Below are positions 57,819 to 64,000 of a stretch of DNA of 64,000 nt, one piece after another. How positions within the stretch are numbered: the stretch's first letter is position 1; each line of letters begins with the position of its first letter. The stretch comes from Macrostomum lignano. Lineage: Eukaryota. The stretch covers positions 100,415 through 164,414 of the forward strand of contig NIVC01002524.1 in the NCBI GenBank assembly GCA_002269645.1, read 5' to 3'. The notes under the pieces are model-generated. The model was not told where the DNA came from and made no database searches. It worked only from the letters and a program-made list of their open reading frames with translations. Both the position numbers and the translations under genes were made by a program.

Positions 57819-60800
57819 CTAGGACCTTCTAGGCGGCTGCGGCTGCACATTCACTGGGACGCAGGGTGTCACCTCAGCCGACCAGTCGTCCAGTTCAATA
57901 GCCAGGCACACCTGCAGCTGTGCGGCGTCTGTCCACTGCGGACAAGTCACCTGCAGCTGGGTGGACAGCTCGTACACTCCGTCTGAGGCGTCAATCTCCG
58001 TCCAGTGCGCGTCAGCCGGCGCCCAGACGACGCGCCGCCTGTCGGGCAGGCGGAGCCAGACGCGGACCCGGTCTGGCCTCGGGCAGTGGCGCAGACGGGC
58101 CCTGACTGGCACCGGCAGCGGCAGGCCGGCCGGGAATCGCCGATTCTCCTCTACGCCGGACAGCGTCGTCGGTTCGAGCAGCGCGGCCGAAAAGCGGCCC
58201 AGCCCGGCTGGCAGCGGGTCGGGCAGAAGCGGCGGCGTCGGCAACGTCACCCCGCTAGACGACGATGCGGCGATCTGCCGGCGCAGCCGGACCAGACAGT
58301 CAACTGTCTCGGCGTGCTGGCCGCTGTACAGCAGCTGCAGGCGGTAGGTGATAGCGACAGCGTCCGGGCACGTCGATGACGACGTTGGCGAGGCCAGCGC
58401 CGCGGCCAGTCGGCACCAGTCGTGAGCGAATGCGGCCCGACCGGCCAGAGCCGGAGTTAGTCGGGCCAGTCTGGCCAAATCAGCCAGCAGAGGCCGCAAC
58501 CGACGCCGTCCGGAGGCCGCCGACTGCAGCTCGGCGCGCACCTTGGCCAGAGTGGCGGCGAAGAACTCTTCGTTGTTGACAGACACGGCGGCGGTTATGG
58601 GCGGGGCGGAGGCCAGAGCGGGCAGGGCGGGAGTGAGGCTCGGCAGGGCGGCTCTCATGTAGGCGTAGTGCCGTTTAGCGTAAGGCGGGAGCAGGGCGCG
58701 CAACTGTGGCAGCCTGGCTGTGGCATTGAGCACAGCCAGGAGCACGGCCGTGTAAGCCGGGTCCTCCTTCATCGGCTCGGCGCCCTGCAGATACGGGTGC
58801 AGACAGAGCAGGTCGGCGATCGCCAGCTGCAGTAGGCCGCTGTGACGCCGGCCAACAGCGGCTGAGCAGCGCCAGACGCAATGCCTATCGGCGGGGTACC
58901 TGGGCAATGAAAGTGATGGGGGAATCGTTGGATGCTAAAAATGCCTTACTGGCGCCCTGTACTATAGACATTATATCTGCGCTGTATATTAGTTAGTTTA
59001 TAGTTAGAGCCAGGGGGCTGTGTGCAACCTCGCGCACTTTAAGTGACATTCGGTGCACGAAATTAGCCAGCCGAAAAGTTGCCAGTCGAGAAAAGTTGCA
59101 GCTTTGAAAATACCAGCTCAAACACCAGCTTATAATCAATTATATAAGAGCTAAAGTTATCTAATACATTTATACCTATAATAAAAACGAAAACTGTGTT
59201 GTATCTGTGTACAAATTTGTTCGCTATGGACTCCCAAACCGCTCAACCAAATGACACCAAATAAGAGAAAATATGGAAGATAAGAGGAGAGAAGAGAGAG
59301 GAGAGAAATAGAGAGAGAGAGAAGAGAGAGGACAGAAGTAGAGAGAGAGAAGAGAGAGGAGAGAAGAGAGAGGAGAGGAGAGAAGAGAGAGAGAAGAGGA
59401 GAGAGGAGAGAAGAGAGGGGAGAGAAGAGAAGAGAGAGGAGTTCCAAATGCATCAAATCCTAACTTAACACGCATTTACTCCAATTTTTTTACCTCTATC
59501 CTCTATTAACAAGCTTTTGTTTGAGTATGCCTTCAGATTTAAGAATGCATGCCAAAATACTCGTAGTTCCGGGGATTCGAATTTAGCGGGTTCGAAATCC
59601 GCGGGTTTCGACAGCTTGTATAAAAAATAAATATATAAGATACACTTTAGCTCTGATATATGATTATTATTGCATAACTTAGACGGCTGCTGAAATTCTG
59701 AGCTGGTACTTTCCTTGCTGCAATTTTTCTCGGCTGGCGAAGTTCGTACACTCGCATTACTGCTCATTCCGCTGACTTCCCTAAGCAGGCACACAAGAGC
59801 GCGGATACGTACGCAGTCATACGCACCGGCACACACTCACACAGGAGTGTACAGCTTAAATCAGCAGTCTTCTATTTACTCGTACCTAGCCAGATTATCC
59901 AGCAGGCCGGCCAGCAAAGTCCGCAAGCAGTCGGTGTCTGCCAGGCCGCAGCCAGCCAGCAGATCGCGGAGACCGCGCCGCAGCTCGGCGTTGTCCTCTT
60001 TGAGCGCGGCCAGACACACGTGCAGCTGCGGACCGGCTAGTTGGAAGTCGGCCAGCCGGGCCAGAGCTCGGACAGCGGCCAGCCGGACGGCATGAATGTC
60101 GTCGGCGAGCATGTCCACCAGGACGTCGGCGCACTGGTCGGCAAAGGCCGGACAGCGTTCGGCAAGTCGGCCAGCGGAGCGAACTGCTGCGGCACGGACA
60201 GCGGAGCTCTCGTCTTCGAACCCGTTGACAAAAGCGCCGGAGGAGCCCAGGCTGAGCAGCGTGACGTCCTTCAGCTCGACGTCGCCAATGGGAGCGCCGG
60301 CGCGTCGATCTCGCTGACGCTGCTGCGCCTGCAGGTCGTTTGGCCGGCGTCGAAGGCGTAGGTCGGTCATTACCTGGCGATCGAGAGTCGCCGCCAGCTC
60401 GGCCTCGGAGACGCGGCCGGCCAGGCGGCCGAGGGCACGGGCAGCGCGGACTCGAACTAGTGGACTGGCATCTTGCATGGCGCCGGCCAGGCGACGAAAC
60501 GCCGCGTCGCCAGCGTCGATAGCATCGGCATCGGCAACGCCCTCGGAGGAGACGACTGAGGTGGTGGCATCGGGGTCTTCAGCGTCGGCAGCGGCGACAG
60601 CGGCAGCCAAGGCGATGTCGACGCAGACAGCGCGAACAGCGGGATCGTCGTCAGCGTCCATGGCGTTGTGCGCCAGCTCCAGCGGCACGGGAGAATCGCC
60701 GGCGGTGAGCGACGAGGCTCGGCGCAGCCAGGCCAGATGGCAGGCGTGGGCGGCCCAGCGCACCCGGGGATCCTCGTGGCCAGTCATGAAGCCGGCCAGC

Positions 60801-61723
60801 TCAGCGCTGGTGACTCGCGGCGGCAGGAGGCGATCGCGCGGCGACATCGCCCTGCCAGCGAGCACCAGGCCGTGGGCCACCAGCCGGGGATCTGGCCGGC
60901 TGACCATGGCCGCTAGCAGGCGGTGCAGCCGCTCAACCAGCGTCGATGACGCCAGGAGGCCCGGACAGTGGATGAGGAGTCGCCGGATGCAGTCGAGGCC
61001 GCACAGCGTCAAGCCAACCGACGCGGCATCTTCGCCAACGGCGACAGACGACGATGAAGTCAAAGTGCCTGATGGTCGACTGGCGGACGCGCTGGTCGAT
61101 GAAGGCGCCGACAAGTCGAGCAGTATGTCCAGGAAGCAGCGAAGACACTCCTCGGCGCACGCATCGACACTGTCATCCGACTTGTCGCTGGTGCTGTTTT
61201 CGTCACTGTCGGGCATCGTTGCTGTCGTCAACATGAGCAGCGCAAGCTCCTGGCAGAGGTCTCGACCGTCGGGTGTGTCGACGCGAGCCGACAGGCGGCG
61301 CAGCAAATCGGCCAAGCTTTGGATCAATCGGTGCCGTTTCAGACGCGCCAGGACGGTTTGCGCTAGCCGATGCAGCGCAGAAATTCTTGCGCTAGGCGAC
61401 ATGAGTGGAACAACGTCGCCCCCGCCGCTGGTGTCCACATCGTGCTGACTGAGCAGCAGATCTGCAGTAGCTTCTAGCCTGTCATCAAGCACCGACTGCA
61501 ACAGCTGCTGCTCAAACTGGACGCTGACTGACCCAAGAGAAATGTCATCGTCAATGAGCATCAATGCGGGGTTGGCCATTGACATAGATGAAGATGCTGC
61601 AGAGGCAGCTCCAGTAGTGTTCAAGCCAGTGCTAAGCTTGAGTCGCTTAGGAGCTGGCTGCTCAAGTTCAACCACTTCAGTCTCAGTCAGGCTGAGTGTT
61701 GGCACCTCTGGACTGGCTGCCAT
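57819..61723 (-). CDS. INTS4: Integrator complex subunit 4 (2 exons, 972 aa)
   Basis: Exon 1 61723-59886 (KRLKLS; GAFVNGFEDE..AVR.AAV; ADQCADVLVDMLADDI..VRL HEAT repeats), donor GTACGA. Exon 2 58899-57819 (RYPADR..VW.C; HPYL...EP..EDPAY.AVL). The phase-2 junction gives 2919 nt in frame. Confidence 0.93.
59051..59754. mobile_element. Non-autonomous TIR element with a GA-rich core, in the INTS4 intron
   Basis: Imperfect TIRs of about 60 bp (GTGYACGAA.TT.GCCAGCCGA...TTGCAGC...GAAA.TACCAGCTCA); CATT on both flanks; GA-rich tract at 59280-59442. Confidence 0.6.
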
Positions 61724-64000
61724 AATGGGCTACTAGGCTCAGTTGAGCTTATAGAAGCAGGTTTTTTAAGCCAGTAAAATCTCAATGTTCAGAATGTGTC
61801 ATGCAAGTAGATAATAATTTATAGTGGAAAATAAAATGCCCTTATGTGATTTACAATGTCATGGGCTAGCTAATCTACACCACTGACAAATTAGAATTTT
61901 TAATGTATTCATTTTTTAAATATCTGCCCTAAAGGCATATACACTCATAAGCCTAGTTGTATAGAAATGAAGATAGGACCTTTTATGAATTTATATTGGG
62001 TAAAACACAAAGTTCTTGCAGTTTCTGAAGTTAAGCCTACAGAAATTTCTAGAAGCTTTGATAAGGTTTTGTGTACAGAGGTATATAAATAATATTGACT
62101 GATACAGAGCAACCCAAATTCAAGTTTCAACCACAGTGCTATAATACCATTATATATACTTTAAGTACTTCATTTCATAAATAAAGCATATATTCACAAA
62201 CTACAAGAACTTTTTGTTTTATCCAATATATTGTATCTGATTAAGATTTACAAAAAATAGGCCTAGTTAGATATAGAAATTTATTTATAAAGCCAAAGGC
62301 TTTTTGTGAAATGAAATAAAAGCAATAGCTAACCTTTTGTGGTTATATTTTATATTGATTTATTTTAATAGTTAGATAACAACTTTCTAAATGACTTTTC
62401 AGAGCATATCTTTTATAATGACAAACATTTAGTTAAGAAGCTCTATTAAATTATTAATTGAAAAGAATACTAAAAATAGGATGTTTAGATCCAGCCTATA
62501 AAAGAATATACTTAGCGGCTTGTGAAAACGAAGTAAGTTGCAAGTAAGAAAAGTAAAATTTTATTAGCTTTACACGTCAGGTATAAATAAGCATGTGATC
62601 ACATGGGGAAGTGCGCCAAAAAGGTGGCATGATTGAAGGTCGACCCCCGAATTAGCATATTGGCTGTCTATCTGAGTACACCCACCCCTAGCCTGGTGGG
62701 TAGGGGTTTCAGTGCAAATGTACTTGCAATTACTGGCTGCGTGTTGATTGGGCTGCCACAATACTTAATATTGATTTTATTAGACTGTTATTCAACTAAG
62801 AAACAACTACCTAGGCCTATTTTAGATTTGGTTATATCTAAAGCATTTAAAATCAAAACCAAAAGAAAAGTACTATTAATTAAATTCAATTTTAGCATTA
62901 AACTTTTTAAAATTGCAAATACAACTAAAAGTTTAATTTATACAAATTTTTAAAATATTTATGATAAGGTAAGCCTATCCATGTTTTGGTGCTTGTGTTT
63001 TAAGTGCCTGGCATTTTGGTGCCCCAGTTTGCTTTTTGGTAGGCCTACCTGAATTATAAATTAGAATTAGAACCTAAAATATGAGGTAGGCCTTATTTTA
63101 GCATTGTTCATTTCCTAGAAAGTAGTATATTTGAAACTAGACTATTTTGTTTTAATACGTATAATATTAGTAATATTGTAATATTTTAAATATTATGAAA
63201 TTTTATTTGTTTAAAAGACCAAATTGAGAGAGTATAAATACACAAGCGAATAAGAAGGGAGAGCAACTTGTGCTTTGCTGGCTTCAAGCTTAAAACTGTT
63301 CTAGTATATTGCTCGATACTTACTGACTTAGTTATTTTAGAAAGCATCAGAAGCCCCAAGATTGGGAGAGTTCAACCCGTTCTTAGAGAATGAGACACCA
63401 GATCTAGGATCTGAGAAATCGCCTTTAGGAGGCCAGAGATTACCACCACAGGTAGAGAAGCCCAGACTCAGAGTCTAAGAAACCCGCCTCAGGGCAGAAT
63501 ACCCAGTGAAGTGCGCTGTGACCTTCTGATCCAGGAATGCCAGGACTGAGAATAATATCTTTAGAGGAGTATAGGAAAAGGATAGACAGTGCCTAAAAAG
63601 ACCACTCAGGCCAGAAAGTACAATAAAAGTATATATGCTACCAATAGACGTGTATATATGCTACTTAGTAAGGCAAGTAATAACCAGCAATATTAACAAG
63701 AAGGAATAACCCCTGTAACAACTTTTGGCAGCTTTAGAACAGTCAATAATAGGAATTAGAAAAGTAGCCCTACAACAGCTGGTGGCTAACCGGTGGGATT
63801 CTCAGTGTACAGGGAAGAGCACTAGCACAAATAGAAAGTGAGTCTTAATTTAATAATATTTGCTTTGAAATAAAAATTAAAATGATTGATTTTTTCATTT
63901 TTGTTAAGCTATGACTTTGTTTCAAATCTAGATTTTTTAAGAAATCAAACATGATCTATGATTGCATGTTACTTCAGAAATCAAATCAATAATAAAATAA

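Noticed and set aside
60041-61448. Antisense ORFs up to 323 aa over INTS4 (similar short ones over the TRP, sulfotransferase and hydrolase genes)
   Set aside because: Expected shadow ORFs of GC-rich coding sequence; no independent motifs.
63330-63800. Possible degraded LINE fragment
   Set aside because: Only the composition is suggestive; no RT or endonuclease motif could be read.

Overview
Eukaryotic (animal) genomic DNA: GC-rich spliced genes sit in AT-rich, repeat-dense intergenic DNA. The gene content (an EF-hand/dynein-light-chain TAL protein) and the minisatellite-filled introns suggest a flatworm, probably Macrostomum (inference). Host genes supported: V-ATPase subunit E, RPS26, a head-to-head pair of microsomal epoxide hydrolases, a 1134-aa TRP channel, a probable Ala-rich single-pass membrane exon, a cytosolic sulfotransferase, a TAL protein, alanine aminotransferase, a TMEM243-like protein and INTS4. 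Mobile DNA: P-type and Mutator-type MITEs with target-site duplications, an internally deleted Harbinger, a Crypton-type recombinase relic, a Gypsy pol relic interrupted by an RNase H LINE, and SINE-like repeats. There are also many micro- and minisatellites. The most unusual observations are: (1) the 792-nt intron of the TMEM243-like gene consists entirely of 17 back-to-back GT...AG units, 16 with a CTAAC branch-point motif; (2) a TRPM-type channel carries N-terminal ankyrin repeats in place of the usual TRPM N-terminus; (3) the epoxide hydrolase pair forms a palindrome with about 718-bp apparently identical arms, and one copy has lost a catalytic tyrosine; (4) the palindromes TAGGCCTA and TACATGTA recur in AT-rich DNA and may be transposon excision footprints. 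All coordinates and alignments were worked out by eye; no database searches were run.
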